64,000 bases of DNA, taken from NCBI GenBank assembly GCA_026023565.1, contig JAPETS010000002.1:1054001-1118000 (forward strand), read 5' to 3'. This stretch comes from Cirrosporium novae-zelandiae. Lineage: Eukaryota. How positions within the stretch are numbered: position 1 is the first letter of the stretch; every line of letters begins with the position of its first letter. Shown piece by piece: positions 1-13,106 of the stretch. The notes beneath the pieces are model-generated. The model ran no database searches. It was not told where the DNA came from and saw only the letters and a program-made list of their open reading frames with translations. Made by a program: the position numbers and the translations under genes.

Positions 1-2
1 CG

Positions 3-884
3 GACCCTGTCAATCAGATTGCAAAATCCACCGAAGATCGTCGATCTCTTGATGTAGCTGCATACATTAATGCAAACAACAACGCGAATAGCAATACGGG
101 CAGCCCTAACGGATATGCGGACTACTCTGTTGCCAATGTGCGTCTCAGATCACGAACAAACAGTGTAAATAGAAATTCGGAATATTTCGGGGCAAACGGA
201 GAGGTGCACACCCCTGGCAGCAGCAGCAGCAATAGACACTCGGAATACTTTGGTCACTCTCCAACCGTTGATACGGGAGTACATGTCTTGAAAAGACGTG
301 GAGTTCTCATCCCAGATTCCCATGAAAACTCGGACATGACCCTTCACCATAACAACATTCAAAGATACTCTGAACTCATCAACGGTGACCTGGACAAGCA
401 TGACTTTGGTGGAATGAATAGGCGCTCAGAGGTTCTCTACTATGCCAATGGTAATCCGATCCCGAGTCGCAGCGATTCCGGCTACAAGCGACACTCGATG
501 GCTCCCGGACCTCTATCCTTGAACCCTAACCCCAACCGCAACAGCTTCTATCAACATCCCGAAGCTACCCGCTATCCCGAAGCATTAGCTACTGCTCCAT
601 CCCCCCCCCCTTCTCGGCCGCAATCCCGACAAGCATCTGGAGCTCGTCTTCACAAGCCACGTGTCGGATTTGCTTTAGGTCCAGAGGATGCCGATGAGGA
701 ATACGGGTATTCCACCACATTGCGAAGCAGCCTCAAGAAGACGCCTAGACGAGAGCGACCCCAGACCATGTACGAAACCAGGCCATCGACCAGCCAGGGT
801 GTCAAGTGGGAAGACGAGAGCCCAAGAAAAACAAGTGGATTCAAGAGATTCGTGAAGGGTATACTGCGCAAGACAGAAGCATAA
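3..884 (+). CDS. 3' part of a gene that starts before the window; low-complexity S/N/P/R-rich C-terminal region, function unknown
   Basis: The frame is open from base 3 (GAC CCT GTC...) to TAA at 882-884 and is followed by AT-rich 3'UTR-like DNA. It contains an internal repeat (NRNSEYFG / NRHSEYFG). No domain recognised. Confidence 0.7.
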   Translation, partial: DPVNQIAKSTEDRRSLDVAAYINANNNANSNTGSPNGYADYSVANVRLRSRTNSVNRNSEYFGANGEVHTPGSSSSNRHSEYFGHSPTVDTGVHVLKRRGVLIPDSHENSDMTLHHNNIQRYSELINGDLDKHDFGGMNRRSEVLYYANGNPIPSRSDSGYKRHSMAPGPLSLNPNPNRNSFYQHPEATRYPEALATAPSPPPSRPQSRQASGARLHKPRVGFALGPEDADEEYGYSTTLRSSLKKTPRRERPQTMYETRPSTSQGVKWEDESPRKTSGFKRFVKGILRKTEA

Positions 885-3834
885 ATAAGCTAGACTTTGA
901 TGCTTCATTCATTTGGTTTCTCTGATTGTGTTAAGAGAAAGATATAAATAATAATACCTCTTGAGCGGTTACTTTGGGAGGAGGAGGCACCTGATTAGGT
1001 CGCTTCCATTCTCATTCGTGTTTATTTTAATGCTCTTTTTTTTGAAATTCTCTTCTCTCTTTTTGATACTATACTCCCTATTATTACAAGCAAGCGAGGT
1101 GTTGGAGGCAATTTTGTTTCTGTTTCTGTTTCTGAATGTTTTGAATTATTGATGGATTCTTTCTTACGCCGCCCAACCAACCAACCACACCAAACAAACC
1201 ACACTTGAACGAACCCGTCCGCTACAAACGCGGCACACACAAGAGAAAAATACCCTACGAACACAAACACGAAGGATATATATTTTTATTTCATGAGTCA
1301 TTCCTTTTATGTATTACATTACCAAAACCCACTTACGTTGACGTATTGATGAACGGGGTACACATTCCTTTGATGCATTTTTCCTTTGTTTTTGTTTTTG
1401 AATGATGATGCAGAAAGTACATAAAGACATACTTGCATATCTATCTATATCTATATATACATAACATACGCATTGGATTTGGAATTTGGGATCGGTATAT
1501 ATAACGCACGGGGCTGGTTACATATGTTACAGTTAACGGTACGGAAAGGAAAGGAAAAGAAAATCTCCCCCATGAATCTAGGTTTTTTTGTTTTTTGGGG
1601 TGTTGGATGAAATAGCATGGGATGGAATTTTGGGAGTATTTTTACTGGGATTGGGTTTCGGATTGAGATGTGCCATGTTATGTGGATACTTTGTCATACA
1701 ACACATACACACACACACACACACACATAATGCACACACACGCACATAAGCATATTTGTACATACAAGAGGAAGTTTGCTTGTCTACTGGCGAAGCTAGT
1801 GCTTCCTCCTCCTTTCCCTTCCCTTCCCTACTAAAATGTAGGGGTGGGGTAGGAAGTAAAAGAAAGATTGACAAAAACTACAAAAATACAAGAAAAAAAA
1901 ATTATTATTTTCAAACACGCTCACATACACACACACTATACTTATTTATATGAACGTGTCTAAAAAAGTAAAAAGGTAAAAAGGGTAAAAGAATGGATTC
2001 TTTGTCTACAGGTTTGTTTACTCTCTCTCTCTCTCTTTTCTCTTTACTTGTGTTTGATCACTATGGGCTACGGATGTTGGTTATGGTAGGATGCTAATTA
2101 CGTATATACGTATGTACATGTACGTGTGTATAAGGAATGAAAGGATAAGGTTTAGGTAGGTAGGTAGGATAATGATTCCCCTTGAGTATTTAATCGAGAC
2201 TTGTACTTGTACTAGGGTTTGGATGGGATTGGATTGTATTGATAAAAAATGCATTAATGGGAAGAAGGAGGGTGTATAGGGAGAAGGAGGAGGAGGAGGA
2301 GGGGGTTGGTTGGTTAATCGTGGAGAAGAGGGAGAAGAAGAAGAAGGAGGGAATGAATATGGAATGGGAATGGAGAAGGGGGGTTGATACATTAAACCAA
2401 ATCAGATCGTGTCAGGTTAGGTTATACACACACACACATGTTGATTGATTGATAGATTCGAAGAATAAAAAAGAAGGGTGAAAACAATGGGGAGGGAAAG
2501 GTGAAGAAAACCAAGTTGGTTGGGTTGGGTCGGTTGGATTGGACAACAAGGTTCGAAAATAAAAGAAAAATATGAAACTGGGGGGATGTGTTTGAGATAT
2601 GGTGATAGATAGGACATGCGTGTTATTGCTAGATTAGACGCAGTGTTAGTGTGTATGTATGTTTGTGGTGGGCTGCTGTGATTTCATCCCTCCCTTCTAA
2701 CTGACGATCCGGTTTTGGATTTCGATTTGTAATCCTTAGTCTTGGTGGTGTGTTGTGTTGTGCTATGTTTTCCCACCAGTTTATCTCTCCTCTCCCCCTT
2801 CTCTTTTTTTTCTTTAGAGACAGGGTAAAAAGAAGTCTGGAGATATGTTTCAGAAAACTGGTTAGTTAGTCAAGTCAATCAGGTGGTTGGTTAGATAAGC
2901 TAGCGCGCGCGTGTGTGTTGTAAAGCTTATGAATGTTTATGAAACCTGTAAGCTTTTTTTTATGCCTGTGATAGTGGTGGAGGTGGTGTATGGAGTCCAC
3001 GGTACGTGTGTCGTATGTCTTATATGTGTGTGTATGTCGTGCATGGTATGTGGTATATTTTAGTTGGCTGTGTTGTTTTGTTGGGTTGATTCTTTCATGT
3101 TTAGGTGAAGTGAGTGGGGTGCGGTGCGGTGGAGTGGATAGGGAGTGGATTAATCACATCATATGAGGATTGTAGAACCGGGGCGAGATATGATGAGATG
3201 GGCGGAAATGTCCGCTGCGGTTTAGGGGAGAGTGCCGAAAGGGGGCCAGGCCTGTGGGTGTGGGGGGTGAGCTTTGTTTTTCATTTTTTCATTTTTTATT
3301 TTTTTATTTAGGGTTGGGCACGAAGGGGGTTGATAAGTATGTATTTTATATTGATGTTGGTGCTAGGTTTTGTATTGTGTAGGTATTAAGTATCGAATGT
3401 TAAGGGTCCAGAGAGTTTTTTTAAAGCGGGAGGTGATTGGCTACTTGTAGGTTGTAACCCTAGATGTTTTTGTTAGGTTTTATTTCTGGTTGAGGGGGTT
3501 ATATGGAATTGATATAGATTCAGAATAGTTGGGTTGAGGGTGGTGGACTGGTGGACTGGTGTTTGCTATTATATTTAGTCTGTGGGTTGCTGCTTGTTTT
3601 TAATTGTATATGCTGCGAGGCTTGTTGAAGATAAAGGACGGTACATGGTTCTGTAAAGGCCTCGAGTCCCTAGGGAGGTATATCTGATTTTCATAAACTT
3701 CAATGATGCCATGGGATATCTCTTCTAATTTATTCCCTGTCTGTCTTGTCTAGTTCTGCAGTCCCTCTAATTAGCATCTATGATTTCACTCACAAACAAA
3801 TCAATCTAGTCGATTCCCATCTTCAATTCCAAGG

Positions 3835-5911
3835 TCAAGACCTTCTCCCAATATCTGATGCCGGCCTTGCCCACCGTTCATCCCATTCATCCATCGAAAA
3901 GCTCAGTGTTCCCGGTGCATATTGTTGCCTCAATATATTACTCCCCTGCTCATAAGCCGCAAGACTGATTAGATCCGGCTGTCTGTACCAGCCTGGTTCT
4001 CCGTATTTGAAAATCGGGTCGGGATGTTTCTCGATTGTTGACCTGACATCGATTTGGGTTACGAAATCTTCGGTACCGGCGTAGATGGTGGGAGAATGCG
4101 GGGAGGGAGATGAGAGAGAGTAGATGGGGCTTTGGAGCTCGTGGCGGGATAGGTGGCTTTGGCTCGTAGAGATGCTGGAGTGGATGAATGCGTTCCAGTC
4201 CTTTGTTGAGGTCTGGGGCTTATGGGTGGTTTTGGCGAAGCTGATCTTTGGATGAGGTCGGGCGTTTTTGTAGCTATATACATTGTCCTCTGGCATACGA
4301 AGGTCAAAAATCTTGAGTAAGGAGTGGCGTCCAGATCCTGCCAAGAAGCGTTCACGATTGAGAATTAGAAGGGAGTACACTGGCGAGGAGTCTACCGGGT
4401 CCGACCATTCTGAAACATGATCTCCAGGAACCCTCATATCGTATAGTCGGATAATGCCATCATGACATGCAGAAAGAAAAATATCTCTAGAATTACCGCC
4501 TGCATGTGACGAGGGCGGTATAGGCTTTATACCATATACGGAACAAAGGATTGGGAGAGGGAGGTGACCCATATTATGTTCATAGTATTCAATGTCTTGA
4601 TTTATTTAATCTTGTTAGCTTTTACATACACATAAAAAAACTAAGCCAAAGTGTGAGAACCTGGCTTTAGGAGGAAATAGAAGAAAATTGGGAAAATGGT
4701 GTTGGGGATGTGACTGTTTTGTAATTGATATGGGAAAACCGACGGTAGATTCAAAATGTGAGTGTAAGCTACTAAATCATAGGTTGTTGTTGTTCCTAGA
4801 TTGACTAGAAAATATACGAGAAAAAGTAAGACTTACCTGGATATGGGTAGCCAAACTTGAACACTCTCAGTGGCTCCTCTCTAATCCCATCTGGAGCAAC
4901 GTGATATACTTGAATGGGCTTTGCCGACCGACTTAGACCGATAACGAGACGATCATCGGATAAAAACTGGGAAGCCCTTATGCGTTGAAACTGGCGGTCA
5001 GCTTTGATCGATATTTGAGATGTTGGAGAGGTGTTTTCCGATTCAGAGTGGACAGGATAGATGGCAATTTGGTGACCTTCCTTGTCAAAATCCGAAAAAC
5101 AAGCTGCGAGAAGGGGTTCATGGGCGTCATTAACATGGGCTGATCTGACTGTACGATCTTCCGTATCGTACACGGTCTTGGTCGATAAGATTTCAAGATT
5201 AGATGACGCATGAAGTAGAGTCAGGGGTCCTCTAGCCCGTCCGACGATAATTTCTTCTCCCGGTGTCGTTTTTTGATGAGGTCTTAATAGAGAAAGGTTG
5301 GTGATGTCGTGATGTCCCTCCAAGTATCCCTTCAATGTAACAGCCATCCAATTAATGCGACTATGAAATCGGTCAAATTTTTGCAGCCTTTTCTTCTTGT
5401 CTGTTTTCTCCCACTCCTCTTGTGCCAGCTTTCCCATCGTCTTGACCCTGATAACGAGTTCTGCACCTGCGCCCCAGGCCACAGTTTCCCTTCTATCTGC
5501 CCATCCAGAGCCGGTCCCTACCTCATAGCTGTCAATGACCGGCATATAGCCCATCGTTTGTGACCCCGACTTCCTGCTCCCTTCAGGGCGTAGTTTATGA
5601 CTCCCGTCTGCTAGCTGTATCATGTGATGTCGAGGTTCGATATGTCGTGCAGCTAAAGCTTTCCTTTCCCATGCTCGCGATCGATTTGTCAACCCGTTCG
5701 CTGCATCTTTCCAGAATGATGGTGAAGTATCATTTGGTGGCGTTATCTGGGTGGATGGAAATACATTTCGGACGAACGTGTTCCAACCATCTCTTTCGAC
5801 ATAGTCGTGAAAATATCTGTTGGTGAGGGTGAGACTTCGAAGGGTGTCTGCGGATTGAACATATTGAGTGACCTGTGAAAGCAGTTCTGGTGGTAGGTCG
5901 GAAAGGGACAT
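3835..5911 (-). CDS. F-box domain protein with C-terminal WD40-like repeats (putative SCF substrate receptor)
   Basis: ATG at 5911 gives MSLSDLPPELLSQVTQYV (F-box-like LxDLPPELL). WD-like segments: FLSACHDGIIRLYDMR and FLAGSGRHSLLKIFDLR. Intron 4836..4596 (GTAAGT...CTAAC...AAG) joins the two ORFs in frame (PYP/DIEYYEHNMGH). Confidence 0.8.
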
Positions 5912-6327
5912 CCAAGTCAGATTTTGACCCTGGAAGCTCGTTCGCAAAGGTGATTTGGCGTTGAGAAGCTAGGACGATTTGTCTTGCAATTCTAAATGAT
6001 TGTTCCTGAATAAATTTATCATGGATGGATTTATTTGAAAGCGATTAATTATTGAGAGTTTACACTGGCGGTGCTGTTATGCACTTTATGATTTTAGTTG
6101 CAAACCTTGGTTACGTCAATGAATTTTGTGCCAAGAATTTCCTTATCGGTTGGTCGGGTCTTAATCAGAGTCTTATCGCATCTTAATCTTCATCCTTTAT
6201 CGTCACTCGACTTAAGAATTGCCCTATTAATTTCTTGCCTTTTGTAATAATTATTTTTTTCTTCTTTTTTCATATTGTGGATTATTTTATGGAAGATAAT
6301 TTTCATTAATTTATTATATTCGTGAAC

Positions 6328-8050
6328 ATGTCTCTACTCAACATTCCTGTGCTCGCTGGTGTATCTCTACTTCTATTATGTCTTTATAGGTTTCTTGTCT
6401 ACCCCATCTTTCTATCCCCACTATCAAAGATTCCCACGGCTCATCCCACTTCTGCAATATCTCCTCTTTGGATTCTCTCTCTTCGCTATGGGAATTTGGA
6501 GAACCAAACATTGCACAGGCTTCATACAGAAAAGGGTCCCATTCTTCGCATTGGCCCAAATGAGCTCAGCGTGAATTGCGTTGATGAAGGAATTCGAACC
6601 ATCTATGGTGGGGGTTTTGAGAAACATGACTTTTATGTTCGACTGTTCAAGAACTATGGGTTTGTATCTCTTATTTATTTTTTATGATGCCATTCTTAAA
6701 GTTGGCCTAGGGTCTTCAACATGTTTTCTACTCCCTGGGGTAAACCACATTCAACCCGAAAGCGTATGCTTTCAAATATTTATTCCAAATCCGTGGTTCA
6801 GTCGTCCCCCACTGCTCGAGCAGCAGCAAAGATAATCTTGTTTGACCGTTTCCTTCCAATCCTCGATGCATCGGCAGATACCGGGACTCCAATCAATATA
6901 CACGAGCTCAACTTTGGCTACACAATGGATACATTCACGGCCTACCAGTTTGGACTCAATGTCAGTACCAATTTCATTCAAGATGAAGCCACTCGCAAAT
7001 GGTGGCTCGGGCTCTTTCAAGGCCGAAGATCCTATACCTTCTGGCCGCAAGAACTTCCTGGCCTGACCTCCTGGCTCCGGAAATTAGGGATTCGCATTGT
7101 CCCTAAATTTGTGGATAATTCGAACCGCGATTTAGAAGCATTCACCCTCAGAATGTGTGATAACGCAGAGACTCTTCTTTCGGAGAAGCCATCCCAACCT
7201 CCTGAAACCACCCCAGCAATCTATTCCCAACTTCGTGAAGCCTTGAAGAAACGAGATAGCAAAACCGATATTCCAATTACTGAAGGGCCCCAGCCGTATC
7301 CAAATCGCCTAGCCATTGCCAGCGAAATGCTTGACCATAACGCTGCCGCTCATGAAACAAGCGGAATAACTCTGACGTACCTATACCACGAGCTCTCCCA
7401 GCGTCCTGCCTCACAAATCCAGCTCCGCCAGGAACTCCTTACCCTCTCACCCCCACTTTTCTACTCTCCAGACTCATCCCGCGAGCTCCCTGACCCCAAA
7501 GCTCTCGACGCTCTACCACTTCTCCATGCCATGCTAATGGAAACCCTCCGTCTCCATGCTGCCATTCCCGGAATCCAACCCCGAATAACCCCCCAGACCC
7601 CCTGCAGACTCGCAGGCTACGATAACATCCCCCCCAACGTCCGTGTCCAATCATCAGCCTACCTCCTCCACCGAAACCCCGAAATCTTCCCCGACCCAGA
7701 ACAATGGAAACCGGAACGCTGGTTAGATGCCGAGCCCACACAACTACAAGAAATGAACCGGTGGTTCTGGGCTTTCGGCAGCGGTGGCAGGATGTGCATC
7801 GGGAGCAATTTCGCCATGAATTGTAAGTTTTGATTTTTTTTCCCCCCTGTTTGATGTTGTAATAATGAATATATCGCTAACCGGTTTGTTTCCTTTCAAT
7901 GTTGTTGTTGTAGCCATGAAACACGCGATCGCTGCTATATACACCAACTTCACAACTTCTATCATTGATGACGAGGGTATAGAACAGGAGGATGGGTATA
8001 CCGTCGGGCCTCGCGGGAACAAACTGGTCTTGAAATTCGAACGCGTGTGA
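6328..8050 (+). CDS. Cytochrome P450 monooxygenase (3 exons)
   Basis: N-terminal membrane anchor followed by SPLSKIP; I-helix AAAHETS; ETLR; PERW; heme motif WAFGSGGRMCIG. Introns 6660-6710 and 7823-7913 restore the frame. Confidence 0.95.
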
Positions 8051-8796
8051 AACAAGAGTAGCCTGGATCCCGTCGTAACACACGGACGACAAAAAGTTAC
8101 TTTTTGAATTTATTATTATATTGCGATAAATATCCAGAATATTCATTATAAACATCCATTCAATTCCACACCTTTGATCTTGATTTTCCCCTTTAGCTTA
8201 TTCCTAGCTAGTTACATGATTACTCCCTCTATAATCTCCTATATCACATCACAGAACAGGCCATACCAGGATGAACTAATTTTTGGTAAAAGGAATAGCA
8301 ACTCCAAGTCACTAACGATAACTACCTACACAAAATAATTATGAAGGGATTCCATACAATCTTGAACTTAGGGCTTAAGTATCCATCCTATTAGACTAGA
8401 ACACCTTAAGCCCTCGCCCTCGCCCTTGCCCTCGCCCTCGCCCTCGCCAGAATACTACGCATCAGAACTTATTGATCGTTGAATAATAGTAATGGAATGA
8501 TAAACGTGGACCCGGAAAGCTGATCTAATTACTGTATATTTTATGTTAACAGATCTAGATCTAGATGGTGAAGTAAAAATTGAAAAATTCATCTCTTCTG
8601 TTTTGTCTTTGTCTTTGTCTTTGTCTTTGTCCTTTGCATTTCCTTTTTTCCCCTGCAATGGAACTCCTTCTAAACGGGTTTTGTTGGCTAGGGTTGGTTG
8701 GTTGGTTGGTTGGCTTGTCCTGGTAACAATATTCAATCGGGGTATTCTTTCAACCTGTGCCATTGTATTGTTTGTAAGACGATTTCCCTGGATACT

Positions 8797-10626
8797 CTAC
8801 CCTGGTATCTTCCTCCTCCTAATCCTTGCAGATATTTTCCCCTTGACAGGCAGCGTCCCGAACATGAAATACGACATATCCGGCTGCGGCGTCCACCCAT
8901 CATCCACTGTCAACTCGATATCATATGCGGTTAGAAACATGGCTATGGAGCCAATGATCTCCTGCTTTGCGAAGTGGCGACCGGGACACATATTTTGCCC
9001 GCCGCCATAGGGAATCCAAGCTCCGGCCATGTTTTCGATTGAGAAGTAAGGGGAGTTTTTATTTTTGGGGGAGGGGGGGATGCTGGGTTTGGGTTTGGGT
9101 TTGGAGATGGCTTTGGAGTTTGGAAGTAAGGGCCCGCTAGTGCTGTCGTTGGGGTAGACTATGAATCTATCTTCCCAAAACTCGTCCACGGGATGTGGTG
9201 TTGATGGGTTCCCCGTATTCCACACCTCCTTGTCGCGGGCGGCAGTCCAGCTGAACATGGTCGCGATGGCATTTTTTCTTATTTTCCAACCCGCGAGTTG
9301 GAAGTCGGATTTGGGGGGGCTACGGCAGACCATGACGGCGACGCGGAGGCGGAGCTCTTCGGCGTAGATGGATTGGAGTAAGGGGATGCGGCAGAGCTTT
9401 TCGATATCGAATTTGAGATCGATGTCATCCGGGGCGGAAATCAGACAGGGAGTTATTTCGTCCCGGACACGGGCTAGGAGGGCAGGCCGTGCGAGGATAT
9501 CGAAAATACACCAGCAGATTGCGGGGATGGCATTCGCCATCGTGCCCCAGATCATGCCGAGGTCGGCCGCGGCGATTGCGTCTGCGCTTAGGGGCATGCC
9601 GGTGAAGCATTTCTGGCGGGCGCGCATGACACGCGCGCCGAAGTTTGGTTCCCATTCCGAGGTGTCGGTGGGGTAGGTGGGCCAGTCGTAGTGGGCGTTG
9701 GCGTGGGCGTGCCAGGCTTTAATGCTTTGATGGAGTTTGTCTCTACTTTGGTATGCCCGCGGAATCAGCCACCGGGGGAAGTTTTTGAAGAGCTTGACGT
9801 TCCAATAGTCGAATTCCCAAAAGTCTTGCATGAAGGTGGGGTTGAAGGAGAGTATGTGCGGGCCACATAGAGCTAGAATGGAGGATCGGAACGCTTCAGC
9901 TCGTATGAAGGCATATATGTCTGGTATGTCGGTCCAGTTTTCAGAGCCAATGGTGGACTTGGAGATTTGATCTGCCAAGTTCTCTAGAAATTGCTCCGTG
10001 ATTTTACGTAAGCTTTTTCCTGATAGGTATGTGTTTACTGCTTTGTGATTTAAATATTGGATGCGATTTTCCGGTGTTATCATTTTGCTATTGGGTAGTG
10101 GGTTGATAGCAAGCCCCGTGTCATCCTCAAGGTAGAAGGTACTGTCGGCCTTTGGAGAACCGAATGAATTCTCGAGTGCCATTACTATCAGGGGAGTCGT
10201 GGTGAGATCGCGGCCGTTCTTGAGAAGGGCTAGAACATTCTCTATGCCAGTTATAGCGTACAGCTTTGTGTGTGCTAGACGAATCTGAACAGGGACATGG
10301 AGACCATATTTATTCCTAAGCACATGGTATATTAGCCCATGGTCTTGCATCGAACGTAGAAACAGGCAAAAGAAGTCTTACCTGATCCATTCTAGAAACC
10401 CTGGGGTATCGAAACCAAAGGGGAAGAGACTCCCTAGGAAAGGTATGCTATAAGGTGCCACGGGCGGGTCTCGTACCTCGGTTTTGTTTCTAGAAGCAAT
10501 TGAAGCCCCCAACGACGTAAATATATATGTTAGAGCAAATGTCAATAGAATGAATGTTATTACTATGATTCCCAAATTCAAATATCCAGAAGGGAGTCTA
10601 TGGATAACAGAATTCAGGGACTCCAT
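8797..10626 (-). CDS. Cytochrome P450, CYP7/CYP8 (sterol hydroxylase/prostacyclin synthase)-like type (2 exons)
   Basis: TM anchor plus PPVAPYSIPFLG; I-helix WGTMANAIPA; EELR; heme motif PYGGGQNMCPGRHFA. One intron, 10381..10316 (GTAAGA...TAG). Confidence 0.93.
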
Positions 10627-10884
10627 GCTGTGTGTACTTCCGAGCGAGTTAAGATGTCATCTCCTTTGATATTGTAGATATAGATGGGCTGGTTTCCCTA
10701 AGGCGGGTTAGATAGCATTTTGATAATTTACAATGACTAGAGACGACAGCTGTCAGTCTTGGATGTAACCGATGTGGGGCACATTCATGCATCAATTGGA
10801 ATGAATTAGAGTTTGGTAATTAATGTTGAAAATGGAGCGTCCCTGGATAAAAGGTAGTCTAGTCTAAAAGTGTGATCCAAAGGC

Positions 10885-10973
10885 CAAGAGAGGGTCGCAT
10901 GTTTAATGATGCGTTACACAGGGCAGGGCACAGCATTAAGCGACTACACCTTTAATCATGCGACCCTCTCTTG
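10885..10973. repeat. Inverted repeat / hairpin (17-bp perfect arms, 21 of 22 with extension); possible MITE-like relic or 3'UTR stem
   Basis: caagagagggtcgcatg (10885-10901) is the exact reverse complement of catgcgaccctctcttg (10957-10973). Confidence 0.85.
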
Positions 10974-11080
10974 AGCTTTTAGAGACATGATTTGAATTTA
11001 ATTTCATTTAAGTTAAATGTTCAATCCAAAGAATTACATGGTACAGGAGATTCGCTTGGGAGTAGAACACCCTACATGGC

Positions 11081-13106
11081 CTAGAAAGGGCCAAGGCTCT
11101 GAAGTGCTGAAGTCTCTAAAGCTGCCTTGATAACTTCTAGCATTGAAATCACCTTTTCTTCTTCCAACCGGCGCGCAATCACTACAAGTCCAATAAGAGC
11201 ATTTGCGTGATTCTCCGGCTTTCCATCTAATGAAGAATGGCCATGTTAGAGCGAGAATTAACCATGATTTTTCGAGGGACTTACAATAATCCATCACTTT
11301 TTGATCAAGCTCTGAAATCGGTTGCCAGTCCTTAGGCACAACGTCTTTCTCAAGATCGACTTTTGTGACAGGAAAGATACCAGTAGTAAGATCTAAAAGT
11401 GGAGAGATACTCCCCCAGTGATAAGGATACCCTCTATCATGGCGTGGCGCGGGGAAGGGAGTACTAGGCTGTATCAGACCATCAATTGGACGACCAGTAG
11501 TAGTTAGATCCTTAGTCGCTTGCCAGCGGTTGAGCCACGATGTAGCGAGGAGGGCACGACGATTCTGATTCTGCCATGTATCGAATACACTTTGCTTCTT
11601 GCCTTTGAAAGGGCCTCCTGCCCAGCCCTCTAGATGGGGATGATAAGGCTCTCCTGAAGCTTCAAAGTCACGTCGGACTATAATAGCATGTCAGTCAGAA
11701 GTAAAGTAGGAGGATAAGAAATACAGGTCTCTTATTCCTAAGGGACTTTGTCTATTCCAGAGTAACAACAAATAAGAGTTCACGGATGTCATACATTCTT
11801 CTCCTCCGTCAGCCATCCACATTTCTTTTATGATTCCTGTTGCCTCTTCGTGTTCCTCCGGCTTATAATCGACAACTTCATGCCCAGCTGCTATAAGTCT
11901 TGCCTTGGTAATCTCCATGGCACGTCTCAAAGGAGGTGTAGGCGTAACCACACCATCACCCATACCAAATCCAAAGCAGAGTTTCTTGGGAAGGGTCTCC
12001 TCTTCTTTGCGCCAAGGAATCGGGATTGCTTGGGGATCAAATAACCATGGCTTCTGTGCCACTAGTGAAGACATGAAAAGACGAATGTCACCAGGAGATC
12101 GGCACATTGGACCTGCGCATGATCGTACAGCTTCTTGGCCCAGAAACGTATTTACAGCCCCTTGATATGAGACTCGTCCATGCTATAGATCAATCAATTA
12201 AAGAAGGAGCGTCGCCTTGGGGTATTCATACTGAAGGTCGTAATCCGTATAATCCTGTGAAGCTACACGGATGACGGATTGAGCCTCCTATATCGGTTCC
12301 CACGCCCATAAAACTACCCCGAAATGTTACGAGTGCGGATTCGCCCCCAGAAGAACCGCCAGTTGTTAAATCACGGTTGCGAGGATTGACTGTCCGACCG
12401 AAAACATTATTCACACTTTCACCCATCATCAGGGTAGCAGGTACATTAGTTTTAATATAAGGAACTGCTCCCGCAGATCTAAGTAGGGATACAAGGGTTG
12501 AGTCTTCTGATGCAGGCTTATTTGCGTAAGCAATGTAACCCTAATAAAGTTTTAGAGCCAGTCATTGACCTGTTATCAGAGATGAGAATCTCACTATTGT
12601 AGAATCTACCCCCTTTAATTGAAACTGGTCCTTGAAGCTTATAGGAAGACCATGAAGAGGCCCTATGGTCCTACTTTCTTTCTCGTAGAAGTCATCCAAT
12701 TGCTTAGCGATTTTCATACCCTCATCAAAGTATATTTCAGTAGCACTAGTTATAATATCAGTAAATAAATTACAGTTTAAAGTCAGGAAATATTGAATAG
12801 AATGTTAACTTACCAGTTTAGGAGCTGCTGCGCAACAGCAGCGCGCTTGGACACGGCACTCAGGACTTGTTGTGCTTTCCATTCTCCTCTCGCAATTTTG
12901 CTAACAACTTCAGAAGCTGTTGATTCTGTTATCATAAGCTCTTCTGGCGTGAAGAATCCAGATGTTTTCGGCCAATCTTGAACGTCTTTGGTCTCTTTGC
13001 TGGGGATGATGTCTGTCGGAATAATCCATTCTGTGGGAATTTTTGCTGCCCGATCAGCTCTCTTCGCTTCCCCAATACGCTGCCAGCTAGGCTTTGAATC
13101 CAACAT
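11081..13106 (-). CDS. Amidase-signature family enzyme (acetamidase/general amidase-like), 6 exons
   Basis: GPLHGLPISFKD (catalytic Lys), TTGGSSGGES, GTDIGGSIRHP (nucleophile Ser), C-terminal GLVVIARRLEEEKV. Introns 12813-12746, 12594-12541, 12231-12183, 11794-11678 and 11284-11227 give a continuous frame to TAG at 11081. Confidence 0.95.

Noticed and set aside
961..3700. Numerous 60-100 aa ORFs in intergenic DNA
   Set aside because: They derive from microsatellites and purine/pyrimidine tracts; no domain or splice support.
11678..11794. 117-nt amidase intron as a possible twin intron or hidden microexon
   Set aside because: The internal AG/GT combinations I tried give stops or frameshifts, and no split donor is present; simple splicing already gives GGEE/FRRD.
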